Shown here: piece by piece, positions 24,522 through 41,786 of the stretch
Layout: the number at the start of each line of letters is the position of its first letter
Numbering within the stretch: the stretch's first letter is position 1
Assembly (NCBI RefSeq): GCF_009914755.1
Contig: NC_060927.1
Origin: the human T2T-CHM13v2.0 reference genome, Homo sapiens
Direction: 5' to 3' (one strand)
Length of the DNA: 64,000 nt
Notes under the pieces: model-generated
Seen by the model: the letters and a program-made list of their open reading frames with translations, nothing else
What the model was told of the DNA's origin: nothing
Database searches by the model: none
Made by a program: the position numbers and the translations under genes

Positions 24522-25008
24522 TATTTAACATTTTCCATAAGGAAGCTTTTTAAAGCATGTGCCTCTGTATCAAGTATCTTTTCTAGTCACAGCTATATTG
24601 ATGACCATAAACATTCTACTATTTTTTTTTTTTTGAGACAGAGTCTCGCTTTGTCACCCATGCTGGAGTGCAATGGTGTGATCTCGGCTCATCACAACCT
24701 CCACCTCCCGGGTTCAAGTGATTCTCCTGCCTCAGCCTCCTGAGTAGCTGGGATCACAGGTGCGCGCCACCACGCCCGGCTAATTTTTGTATTTTTAGTA
24801 AAGACGGGGTTTCACTGTGTTGGTCAGGCTGGTCTTGAACTCCTGACCTCGTGATCCGCCCGCCTCAGCCTCCCAAAGTGCTGGGATCACAGGCATGAGC
24901 CACCGTGCCTGGCCTAAACATTCTCGTTTTTAAATAAAAAAGTATACCACTTATTTAATATGACATACTATGTAAACCTGGTTGTCCCAGCCACTCACCT
25001 AGGGTATT

Positions 25009-25027
25009 CACTGCCACCTGATGGCAA
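25009..25027 (-). promoter_or_regulatory. CTCF-like motif
   Basis: TTGCCATCAGGTGGCAGTG closely matches the CCASYAGRKGGCRS core. Confidence 0.55.
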
Positions 25028-25290
25028 TAAACCCCACTTGTATGCAATGTTTTAAGAGGCTGATAACAAGATGACATTGCAAGTCTTAAAAATATAAAGT
25101 GGCAGTGATATCACACTTAAAAAAAATTATTAAGTAATAAAAAAAAACTGACAAGAAATTCCTTGGGTGGTAGAAAACACAATCGAGGTGGGACCAGGTT
25201 AAACAAAGGTAGAGTGAGAACAAACTCTCCCATCTTGGGTAAGTCATTCCAAGTTTCAGTTTCCTCATATGTAAGAGAGTTAGATTAGAA

Positions 25291-25508
25291 CAGTGGTTCT
25301 CAGCAGGGAGCAATTTTGCCCCCAGGGGATATTTTGCAGGTGTGGAGAGATTTTTGGCTGCTACTTGAGGGCAGCTGCTATTGCCATCTAGTGGGTAGAG
25401 GACAAGGATGCCACTAAACAACCTACAATGCATAGAGAGCCCTCCCCATACCCAACAACAAAGAATAACCCAGCCCAAAATGTCAATAGTGCTGTGCTGT
25501 AAGATACC
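25291..25508 (+). mobile_element. MER20 (hAT-Charlie)
   Basis: CAGTGGTTCTCA...CATCTAGTGGGTAGAGG...CAAAATGTCAATAGTGC. Confidence 0.8.
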
Positions 25509-25511
25509 AGA

Positions 25512-25770
25512 CCAGTAGTATCAGCACAACCCGAGAACTTGCTAGAAATACAGAATCTCAGGCCTTAGCTAGGACCTATGGACTCAATGTGTATTTTTAA
25601 CAAATACCCAGGTGATTGATATGCATATTAAAGTTTAAGAAACACTACTGTACCTGGATTATATCCCCTGATATTCTGATTCAAGTCATCTAGGGGATGA
25701 TCCAGGTCTTGGGATTTTCAAAGGTCCCCATGTGATTCTTACGTGCCACCCCCAAATTTGAGAACTCCTG
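25512..25770. mobile_element. MER5-family hAT fragments
   Basis: GAAATACAGAATCTCAGGCC...CAGGTGATT...AAGTTTAAGAAACACT motifs, present twice. Confidence 0.65.
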
Positions 25771-26202
25771 TTCTACAGGATCACTAAAGTCTCTTCCATG
25801 CCAGTATTATATATACATACTATGTGGCAATATAAAAATATCTTACAAATCAATGCAGCGAACTGACTTTACTGTATTTAATAAAGTAAACAAGTAACTG
25901 GGCTAAACAAAGGACTATCAATTGTCTTACATTCATCAGAAACTACAATGACAGTTTATACAGACCTTACTTTCTAAACTAAGATGGAAAGCAAAGAACT
26001 ACGGATAAGAGACCTAATTCATTCTTGTGAACTACACCAGCACCCACCCCATCTTCCAAACACTTACCGCAATTGCTTTACAACTCTTCCACCCTATATA
26101 AGTTAGCCTTCAAGGCCTAAGTGAGAGTCCACTGAAGAATGTGGAAGTGGTGATAAGACAAATGCCAACTCATAGTAAACACCAATATCCAAGTAAATAC
26201 TA

Positions 26203-26658
<456 letters not shown>

Positions 26659-26740
26659 TAATCAACATGCTTAACAAAAAGACAATCTCAAAACTAGACT
26701 GTATATATTTCACTTTACAACATATCATGATATAAAGTCA

Positions 26741-26851
<111 letters not shown>

Positions 26852-27292
26852 TTATAGATTTAAAATCCAGACCAAAAGCACACTCCAAGAAATAATTTTA
26901 CAATAAATTTATAGTTCAAAACTAGAAGTTGACTGTTCAAGACAACTTCTAAATGAGTTAGAAATGAAATGACCTTATTTCTGATTCCCAAAGGCAACAC
27001 TTCCTACAGAAAGCCTTTCCATTCTGCTTTCTAGACCAAGAGAGACAGCATGTACTAGTAAAAGGTAACAAGTATGTAGCTGACTTAGGCTCTAATCTCT
27101 AGCTTTGCGACAAACTAGTTGAGTGACTTTAGGACACTGAGACCAGAGAAATTAGCCATAAATAAAGGGACTGGATCAGATCATCTAAGATCTCTTCCAA
27201 TTAAATTCTATGAACTACCAGCATTTTTTGGGGGGTGGAGGGGCAGGGGAGCGGGGGGACGTATTCTCGCTCTGTTGTCCAGGCGGGAGTGA

Positions 27293-27550
<258 letters not shown>

Positions 27551-27879
27551 TAAAAACACAAATTAGAAGTTGATTCAGACAACATGTAAGTGAATAAAGA
27601 ATTCTTAAGATTTGTAAAAATATTTTCTCTTATTTACAGAGTAAAATTTGGGTAACAGATTTTGATGCTAAGGGGTAAAAAATACACTGGTATAAGTATG
27701 TCCTAGTGGTATAACTATGTTCTAATGAACTTAATGTAACTATGTCCTAGTGACCTTATAATGATAATAAAGGAAGATGAAGCCAATTTTACCCCTGCTT
27801 AAATCCATTTCAACATTAAATGTGCCAAAATGAAAACCAAAGTCTGATTAACCTGTTATAAAAATGGCCCTATCACATT

Positions 27880-27996
27880 ACCTAATGTAAACAACGAGTT
27901 AATGGGTGCAGCACACCAACATGGCACATGTATACATATGTAACAAACCTGCACATTGTGCACATGTACCCTAGAACTTAAAGTATAATAATAAAA
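27880..27996 (+). mobile_element. Very short 5'-truncated L1PA 3' end in ARF4 intron 1
   Basis: L1PA 3' terminus; TSD CCCTATCACATT at 27868-27879 and 27999-28010. Confidence 0.9.
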
Positions 27997-28035
27997 GACC
28001 CTATCACATTCATCTACAATATAAGTAATATCTAA

Positions 28036-28215
<180 letters not shown>

Positions 28216-29315
28216 TAGTAGAGACGGGGTTTCACCATGTTGGCCAGGCTGGTCTTGAACTCCTGACCTCGGGTGATCTGCCCGCCTCAGCCTCTCAAAG
28301 TGCTGTGATTACAGATGTGAACCACTGTGTCCGGCCTAAATTCTTAAAATGATTCAGTTGAGGCAGAAGTACAAGTAGGGAGGAATGTGTTTGCTTGTGA
28401 AAAAAAATCCACACTAGAACAAGAGGCTATACCTCCTTGTAGGGTGACAGTGAAGAACAAATTAAATGCTTGTAAGTATGAATCTCTCAAAACCTGAATA
28501 TTCTGCAGTGTTTGCTAAAGCCCTCATAAATGAAAGATCAACATCTAATAACCTCATTGAATCTATCATTGTTCTTAGGATATCATATCTGGCCGCCTGG
28601 GTTTATCTTATCACAGATTTTTGTATCGATTCAATCAAGTATTGATTTAAGCAAGGACACTTTCTTAATATTTAAATCAAAGCATGACTTAGCACATAAA
28701 AGCAATGCTAGTAAGTTAAAAAAGAGCTGAAATTATCTCACTTATCTAATTTACATTCCTATGCAAGTAAGTCTATCTTTTATCAGTTAGTCCAAAACAG
28801 AAGCGAAGGCTACAGGCAATTCTGATTCCTTCTACCCTCTTAACAACCCTTTCTACTCTGTACCCTACCAAGAATAACTTTAAGTTCTTTTTGGAGACTC
28901 AAGCCTTTTATTCCTTTGTCCTGTAAAACCCTGTTCCCCACTTCGTACTCGGATACAGGTTTATTCCTTCCCAACTACTAGTCAGTGTGATCAGCCCACA
29001 TCAAGCCCTCATTCATGAGCATAATAATAAAAACCAACTGTTATACAAGTGTTTTATTTTTTGAGCATGGAACATTATCAAAAAAATCAGAAAACATAAT
29101 TCTAAAAAATACATAAAAAGGAGCTACATTAAAGTTTGGCATCTTTAGTAACAAGATATAAAACAAAGGGGGGTGGCAAAAAACAACTGGATCTTTAAAT
29201 GGTCCAACAAAGCTGTCTCTTGAAAGCATCAGATTTTTAAGTTAACCAAAATTAACCTTTAAGTTCAAATATGATTAAGCCAAGTCAGAATTGAAACTGA
29301 GACGCTGATTAAGAA

Positions 29316-29340
29316 ACACACACACACACGCACACACACA
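29316..29340. repeat. (CA)n microsatellite
   Basis: ~12 CA units with one interruption. Confidence 0.9.
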
Positions 29341-30647
29341 AAACTATGGTACCTGCCAGTTATCACCGGAGGTCCAACTGGACCTCAGATTGTCATTTAA
29401 AAACAAGGTAAGGCCTGGCGCTGTGGCTCATGCCTGTAATCACAGTACTTTGGGAGGCTGAGGTGGGCGAATCACCTGAGGCCAGGAGTTTGAGACCAGC
29501 CTGGCCAACATGGTAAAATCCCGTCTCTACTAAAAATACAGAAACTAGCTGGATGTGGTGGCATATGCCTATAATCCCAGATACTCTGGAGGCTGAGGCA
29601 GGAGACTCGCTTGAACCCAGGAGGCGGATGTTGCAGTGAGCCGAGATCGTGCCATTGCACTACAGCCTGGACAACAAGAGCGGAACTCAGTCTCAAAAAA
29701 AAAAAAAAAAAAAAAAAGTAAATCCAAAAATACTGACAAAGAAAAGAATTGAAGAAATCCAAGACAAATCATGACTATATCATTTTAAATTATACAAAAG
29801 CATGTAGGTAATCCAAGTTTTCTTTTAATAGGTTTTATATGTGCTTGTATGAATACTGTATGAATAATTATTTTCCTTGCTCCTCTACTGATAGGAATTT
29901 TTTTTTACCCAAAAATCATGTATTACTTTTATGAAAAGAGAAAAAAAATTGTCCAAGCAGATTTTTTTTAATTAAAATGTTGGGCTGTTTACATTTCCTG
30001 ATGTATCTTTTTGAAGACGACTGCTTGAGGGCTTTAAATATATAATATTTTACATACTCATTTTACTTTTTTAAAAAGGGAAGTGTTTACAAAATCATGC
30101 AACCATTTCTAGGTCACCCCAGAATTCAAGGGGAAAAAATAATGCGCCCATAATGACTTTTAAGTATCCACAAATTATTTTCTAAATATAAATTACAAGA
30201 CAACAGTTTAATGGCTCACAGCAACACAGAATGTATCTTATGCAGTTGTATCAAAAATAACAATGCTGTATAAATGCAAATTAAGAGTTTTTGAAAAAGG
30301 TATTTATAAGCTTTAATGCACGAATTAAACATATACAGTCATCACTTAAAACTTATAGTTCTTTACTCAAAAACATATTGGTCCAACAATTTTGAGCCAC
30401 TTCAGTCATTTCTTATGTATTTCCTTAATGTTGCAATATTTGGCAATGAAATTTCTCCACAAAATGAAAACTATTACCAATTTTCAACTAGCCAAGATAA
30501 GACTAATCTGTATAGCCCAGCAATGGTCTCCCTCCCCTCCGTGTCCAGAAACAAGCAACTGTATTTAAAGATGTACTGGAATACTTGTTCTCCTTAACTA
30601 GACCTGCACTTTGACCAAAGTGTTACTATAGCAGGAAAACTACCTCA

Positions 30648-32163
<1,516 letters not shown>

Positions 32164-32186
32164 TTAAATTTAAAAAGTTAGATCCA

Positions 32187-32994
<808 letters not shown>

Positions 32995-33464
32995 TCAAAT
33001 TATCTACAAGTTTGAAATATACCTTCATAATTATAAGTGTGTGTGTGTACATATATATACATTTGTTTTTTGAGACAGGGTCTCGATCTGTCACCCAGCC
33101 TGGAGTGCAGTGGTGCAAACATGGCTCACTGTAGCCTCAAACTCCTGGGCTCCAGCAATCCTCCCACCTCAGCCTCCCTAGTAGCTGGGTCTACAGGGGC
33201 ACGCCACCATGCCCAGCTAATTTTTAAAATTTTTTTGTAGAGATGAGGTCTTGCCATGGTATGGTGCCCAGGCTGCGTAATAGTTTAAAATAATAATTTA
33301 AAATTGAATATTTACTGCATTCTAAGCATAGTAGGTGATTCTATACATTTTTGGACTTTAATTCTCACAATAACCTTTCATTTTTCAGATGAGACATTTA
33401 ATGTCCAGAAATGTCCCCCACAGTCACAGAAACAGAAGAACAGATATTTAAAAACCTGAGTCTT

Positions 33465-34450
<986 letters not shown>

Positions 34451-34715
34451 TTTATTAAAAAATTTTCTAAAAAGCCAAAACCAAAAAACCTAGTTCTGAT
34501 GCCAGAGACCTCAAATACTATTTACATGCTGCCATCCTGCCTTTAGGTTTTTCTGGTGGACATACTGTATCTTAATATTTTGGCCAGGCACGGTGACTCA
34601 TGCCTGTAATCGCAGCACTTTGGGAGAATGAGGCAGGTGGATCACCTGAGGTCAGGAGTTTGAGACCAGCTTGACCAATATGGTGAAACCCTCTCTACTA
34701 CAAATATGAAAATTA

Positions 34716-34871
<156 letters not shown>

Positions 34872-36297
34872 TTATCAAATTCATCAGATGCTTGACCAAC
34901 CAAACTGAAACTCAGGCCACCAGTTATACGGAAAAATGTGAACTTAGGTTCTGCTTCTACACACGGATGAGAAACATCTACATTTTTATCAGTTAATTAG
35001 CAGCAAATTATCAAAGTTTCCGACAGCCTATTGCACTACTATAATAATGCAAAAGGGTGCATCTAAGGATGGCTGTACCTATCAGCCAGTGGCATGAAAC
35101 AGGATTTTTGCCTTTTCTGTTTCCTATATTCACATAATCAGAAGAGCCTGTTTTTTTAAAGGCTGGCAGTTATATGTTCAACCAATAACCTGAGAAAATG
35201 CTTGTAATAAGCTAAATCAAAAAGAGAGGACACAAAACTAAACATCACAACTACAATTTTAGAGGAACAAAAACTTCCTCTTAAAAGGCTGAGCGTGTAC
35301 CAGGTGTGGTGGCTTACACCTGTCATCCTAGCACTTTGGGAGGTCGAGGCAGGAGGACCTCTTGAGCCCAGGAGTTTGAGATCAGCTGGGCAACAGAGCA
35401 AGACCCCCATTCTCTACAAAATAATTTAAAAATTAGCCGGGCATAGTGGCGCCTGTAGTCCTAGCTACTCCAGAGCCTAAGGCAGGAGGGATTGCTTGAA
35501 TCCAGGAGTTCAAGGCTACAGTGAGCTATGATCATGCCACCTGTATGTGCCCCAGAGTATGGGTGACAGAGCAAAACCCTGTCTCAAAAAATAAAAATAA
35601 AAATAAGGCTGAGAGTAAATATGACAGAATAGTGGAATTACAGATAGGTAATTATCACTTTATTCTTTTACCTGTTTTCTAAATGTAACAGAAGGAACAC
35701 ATACTACTTTTAGAATCAAGAGGAAAAACATAAAAAAATTACATAAATAGATGGATTTACAAAATATGCTAAGAAACAAATATAAAACACCACTCTTTAG
35801 CTTGGTAATATTTTTTAAAGTGACAAATATAGGATCCTTTCTCCTGAACATCTCTAGACCCCCAAAACCACAGTCACATTCAAGACAATACAGAACTACA
35901 CTGGCATACTACACTACACTGATATCAGCAAACTTTTTAAAAGTAACACTTTTTCAGCTTTTCAACAGGCAAGAACTGGAAAGTTCAAAGTAAAGAGATC
36001 AGAATTAGTAATTCCTCTGCAGAACACATTAGTATTTTTGGATATATACATAATTTAAGGATTCACTTAACAACATTACATCTTATCATGGATCAAGATA
36101 CAGAAACCAGACTTAAAATAGGACAATGCAGCCAGGCTCAGTGGCTCGCCCTGTAACCCTAGCACTTTTCGAGGCCGAGGTGGGCGGGATCGCTTCAGCC
36201 CAAGAACAGGCAAGATAGTGAGACCTTCTTGCTACAAAAAATGTCAAAAATTAGCCAGGCAGGTCTAATGGCATGTCCTTGTTGTCTCAGCTACTCA

Positions 36298-36552
<255 letters not shown>

Positions 36553-38029
36553 TCATGCCATTGCACTCTAGCCTGGGAGACAAGAGTGAAACTCCATCTC
36601 AAAAAAAATAAACAAAATAAAATACAGACGCTATTGCTTTATTTTTATTTTTTTCAAATAGATACGGGGTCTTGCTATGTTGACCAGGCTGGCCTCAATG
36701 TGATCCTCCCAACCTGGCCTCCCAAAGTGCTGGGATAATAGGCGTGAGCCACCACACCTGGCCAGAAGCTATTGCTTCCTAACTCGAGCAGTATGGGCAA
36801 TATCATCACTTGCATAACTTACCCTTATAACTAGTACATAATTTCTGTCAATCAATAGTTCAGATGATGTTAAATTTGATACACTGTGTTGGTTTTTTAA
36901 TTACAGTTAACTACAAGCTAACTTCCAATATCTTTTAAAGTTACTTGAACTTTTGAAGAACAGCAGGTGTACGAATTAAATTTAAAACTTCTCCATAGTA
37001 GTTTGGCAAACCTGACACATCAGCTAACTGCTATCTCCTTTATACTTTAAAATGGTAAAGTCTGAATAAAACACTGACTCAGGAGGGCATGAATCTTATC
37101 TAAGCTTTATAAAGAAAAACGAAGCACACTAATGTAAAACATTAATAATTCCAACAGTTGAATGGGGCAGACACTTTAAAAGTGATCTATTATTTTTGCT
37201 GTCAGTCACTCATAAAGCCAGACAGAAAAATGTAAGAATTATCAAACTTCCAAACCACCTTTTTCCCTGTTCATGCACATATCTCCCTCGTACGTTGATA
37301 CTTCCTTTGATGAGTTACCATAAATGTCGATCTTGTGACTGAAGTGTTTTTTAGTCAAGGAAAACTGATTATCCCAAAATTAAAGTGCAAAACGATAGCA
37401 TGCCTGAGTAATAAAACATTAAAAACAAGTAACTCCTAAATCCTCCACACAAATGCAGAAACTTAAATATTTTTTCTCTCCCATTTTCTTCGAATCATTT
37501 TTTGGGGTGGAGGGAAATGCCTCCCAATATAGTAAATATATGAAAATGCTGGTAGCATACTTCTATATTCCTTGCCCCTCTGATACTTTCATCAATCACA
37601 AAAGACTAAGGAATTGAAAAATAGCAATTCATTTACAATAAATCTTAAGTAAAAAGACCAATATACTATGTGTTCTGGAACATAACCATATATTGTTAAA
37701 TCTCTTTAACGAACAGACTGGAAATTCATTTATCACAGTCCGAAGTCCTCCCATTAACTTCCGATCCTTTTTCAGACTGCCAACTTTCAGCCACTGAAAA
37801 CTTAAATATGCTTGCCCTCCTAAAATAATTCTGTCCTCTTGACAAAGGAAATCTAAGAAACTTTGAAAGAAAAAATACTTTATGAATGACTCATAAACAA
37901 TTGATTCACAAAGTGTAAGTACGCTAAGAGGAAAATAAACATGAGCCAATGTATATACTGTTACTCTTTATATACCTTGAAATATTACAGAAGCTTGTGT
38001 TTGCAAGTTTTGATGGTAGTACAGCTCTA

Positions 38030-38449
<420 letters not shown>

Positions 38450-39449
38450 TCAGCTGTGATGTAGACTGCTTACAGTAACCGGGAGCGGTTGCTTACTTCA
38501 GCCAACTGACAGCCCTTCTCCCTCAGCTGAGCAAAAACACGCCCCCTAAAAAGTAGTTTTTAAAAAGTCAACTTTCTAAAAAGAAATTTTAAAAAAATTG
38601 TAGTTACTATTTAACAAGACTACCATAAAATTCAGCGTCATGATGTTCAGTTACTTGAAAATTTATCAGGTATTTTTTAAAAATTCGTTTCTAAAATTTT
38701 TTTGCATTAGACCTTAGACCGCCTAAAAATAAGCTTAAAAACCTAGGAGAATAAACCAAACACATTTAAAGTTTTTGAAAATAGTCAAAGAAATAGAAGA
38801 TAAGCTCAGTTTTCGGAGAATGAGATTAACAAGGAGCGAAAAACTTGAAACGGAATCCAGCGCAAGGCCAAGTTTAGCAAAGTGAGCGCTGAAGGACTCC
38901 AGACTCTTCGGAAACCTTGGGTGCTCCCTGGCCACCGCAACTTCCTGCCCCGGGCGGCTCCAGGCTCCGGGTGGCCGCTGGCTTACATACCAATGGAGTA
39001 TGCAGGGACTGTACACGAAACGCAGAAGGGGAGGGAAAAGGCTGGAGTTGCTCTGCCTCCCTCCTGACCGCTGTCCACACCCGGGCAAGAAGGTATGCAG
39101 ATCGCACCCCCAGAAAGGGCCTCGCCAAGTGTTTGCTTCCCAGAGTTGGCTTTCCCCACATCTCTGCCCAATGTTGTCCAGCTTTCAATAAGATCAAGGA
39201 GAAAAAGCCGAGTCCAGAAAGAAATCTTGCCCGAAGCCCTGTCCCTGTCTCGTCTGGCGACAGATCGGGGGCGGGGGGGATCGCTCACCCTCCGCTCCAT
39301 TGTTCCCCCTTAAGAATTCCTTCCGACCCCCGACCCGGCGCCCCTCCCCCACCACAGCGGGCGGAGGAAAAAAACAGGCCCAGAGGCCACCCCAATTGTG
39401 GAGACCCTGCCTTTCCCAGGTCCCGCCTGACTCGCAGCCCCTCACTCAC

Positions 39450-39516
39450 CCATCAAAATGCGCATCTGCTTCTTGCCAAATAGTCGGGAGAAGAGGGAGG
39501 AGATAGTGAGGCCCAT
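39450..39516 (-). CDS. ARF4: ARF4 (ADP-ribosylation factor 4) exon 1 coding part
   Basis: Kozak GCCATGG; MGLTISSLFSRLFGKKQMRILM (myristoylation-type MG start); donor G|GTGAGT; six exons sum to 543 nt = 180 aa + stop. Confidence 0.97.
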
Positions 39517-39720
39517 GGCGGTAGTGGCACTTGTGATGGGCAGAAGCAGAAGGGGTTTGGGGCGACCCCGTGCTTTCTCCTTTCAAGCTCCCAGGCAAAC
39601 TAAACGAGAGGGAAGAGAAAGAGCGGAGGAAGAAAGAGGGAGGCAGAAACGTCTCAGTGGCCCCTGTGCCGATGAAGATCCGGCACAGGAATAAGCCGGT
39701 AGAGGACCTGCTAGGCGACT
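39517..39720 (-). other. ARF4: ARF4 5' UTR (TSS approximate)
   Basis: No upstream ATG in this span; pyrimidine-rich tract 39606-39643; lies just downstream of the promoter motif cluster. Confidence 0.6.
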
Positions 39721-39759
39721 GGCGCGGCAGCTCCGGCTCTAGCCTTTAGGCTCTGGCTG

Positions 39760-39769
39760 TGCCACGTCA
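39760..39769 (-). promoter_or_regulatory. UPRE/CREB3-family site TGACGTGGCA (contains GASE ACGTGGC)
   Basis: Exact motif just upstream of the ARF4 5' UTR; ARF4 is an established CREB3 Golgi-stress target. Confidence 0.75.
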
Positions 39770-40994
39770 CGCGGCGGCCGCGGCGACTCCAGCAGCGGCC
39801 CGGCCCCTCCAACGCGGACAGAATCGCGTCACCGCCGCCCCATCCCCCTGCGCTTCCGGTGCGCCCGAGCCACTGCGCTTGCGCCTGCAGGGGATTGGCC
39901 AGTTTCGCTGACGAGCATCTCTCGACGGCGCCACCGCCCGGACGTGGCCCCAGGAGCCGGGAGAGGCCGGCTGAGGCACATGCGTACTGGGAGACGGACA
40001 AAGTCCCACAATACCTCGCTTCGTCACTGCCAAATCAGACTCAGGGTGAGACGCTTCCGCCCGGATGAAGGTATTGTCGGGGTGATAGTCCTTGCTTCCG
40101 GAAAGGCGAGCTGAGCATTATGGGTTAGGTGAGGAACCTCGCCCTCTTCTATTACGGTACGCGCGATGGGTATTCCCTGATGCCATGAACTTACACGTTT
40201 CACACACGGGACCAGACGCTTGCTTTAGTTGACGCATGAAGACCGGTCCGGTCTTTTGCGGAGAAAAGTGGTTAAAAGCTGACTTGTGGGCCGAGAAACT
40301 GTGGCACCCTAATGAGCTAGGGCTAGACGCTTCGACCACCACGCCAAGTGATTCTGAAGATCTCTAATTCTGTCAAGGCGAGAGCGCTCCAACACGTGTT
40401 CATCGGCTGTTGCTTTTTAAAGAGAAGGCAAGGAGGAAGTCTTGCTTTTCTTGTACTTTTTTTCCTAGAAGCAGCATTAAAGATTTACTCCTTATGTTGA
40501 GGAAGCGGAAAGCCTCTTCACTTTAAAAGTGTTTATGATCGGGCCTGGCGCGGTGACTCACCGCGCCCGGCCTGCTACACCTTTTAAAATTCACAGCAAT
40601 GATAAATGTATTAGACTCATTGCCAGGATAAAGATTTAATCTATTTTTCTAGTAGTGCCGTCCTATGTGGTTCTGTAGTTGCTTATTCCAACTGGTATAT
40701 TTCCATAGGATGGGGTTGAATAAGAAAAACTTGCAAACTTTCAGAAACAGTAAGTTATTTTTATATTTTTGAAGGCTTGCTGAGTAACGCTTCTCTTGGT
40801 AGCACTACCTTATCTACCCTTCAGAGACTGTTATTTCTTAGGAGTGGCCCTGGGCAATTAAAAGCAAAAACTTCTGGCCGGGCATAGTGGCTCATGCCTG
40901 TAATCCCAGCACTTTGGGAGGCCGAGGCGGGCAGATTACGAGGTCAGGAGATCGAGACCATCCTGGCTAACACGGTGAAACCCAGTCTCTACTA

Positions 40995-41261
<267 letters not shown>

Positions 41262-41314
41262 TCAAAATTGCATTTTGGAAGCTTGCTAAGTGACAAGACC
41301 TTCTTGTATCCTTT

Positions 41315-41786
41315 TGTGAACCCCCAAAATATGAGACAGGCCTCAGTTAATTTAGAAAGTTAATTTTGCCAAAGTTGAGGACACGCGTCCATGACATAGC
41401 CTCAGGAGGTCTTGTAGACATGTGCCCAAGGTGATCAGAGCACGGTTTGGTTTTATACATTCTAGGGAGAAATGAGACATCAATCAATATATGTAAGATG
41501 AACATTGGTTCATTCTGGAAAGACTGGACAACTCAAAGCAAAGGCAGGAAGACTCTGAGTGGGGAGGGAGCTTCCAGGGCATAGATAGATAAGAGACAAA
41601 TGGTTGCATTCCTTTGAGTTTCTGATTAGCCTCTCCAAAGGAGGCAGTCAGATATGCGTTTATCTCAGTGAGCAGAGGGGTGACTTTTTAAAGAATGGGA
41701 GGCAGGTTGGCCCTAAGCAGTTCCCAGCTTGACTTTTCTCTTTAGCTTAGTGAGGTGGAGGCCCCAAGATTTATTTTCCTTTCACA
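41315..41786 (-). mobile_element. Solo ERV1 LTR, MER4A1-like (472 bp)
   Basis: Termini TGTGAA...TTCACA; 4-bp TSD CTTT (41311-41314, 41787-41790); minus strand begins TGTGAAAGGAAAATAAATCTTGGGG as in the MER4A family. Confidence 0.85.

Larger units (their letters stand above)
38850..40400. promoter_or_regulatory. CpG island / bidirectional ARF4 promoter
   Basis: High GC and CpG density; ETS-like CTTCCGG at 39853 and ~40095, NRF1-like TGCGCTTGCGC at 39874-39884, CCAAT (ATTGG 39894-39898). Confidence 0.9.

Noticed and set aside
29950-30640. Repeat-free intronic block as a possible cryptic ARF4 exon or conserved element
   Set aside because: No convincing splice-site pair or ORF; conservation cannot be judged from this sequence alone
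38735-40342. Multiple overlapping ORFs up to 188 aa
   Set aside because: Stop-poor CpG-island sequence, no recognisable domains, mostly non-ATG starts
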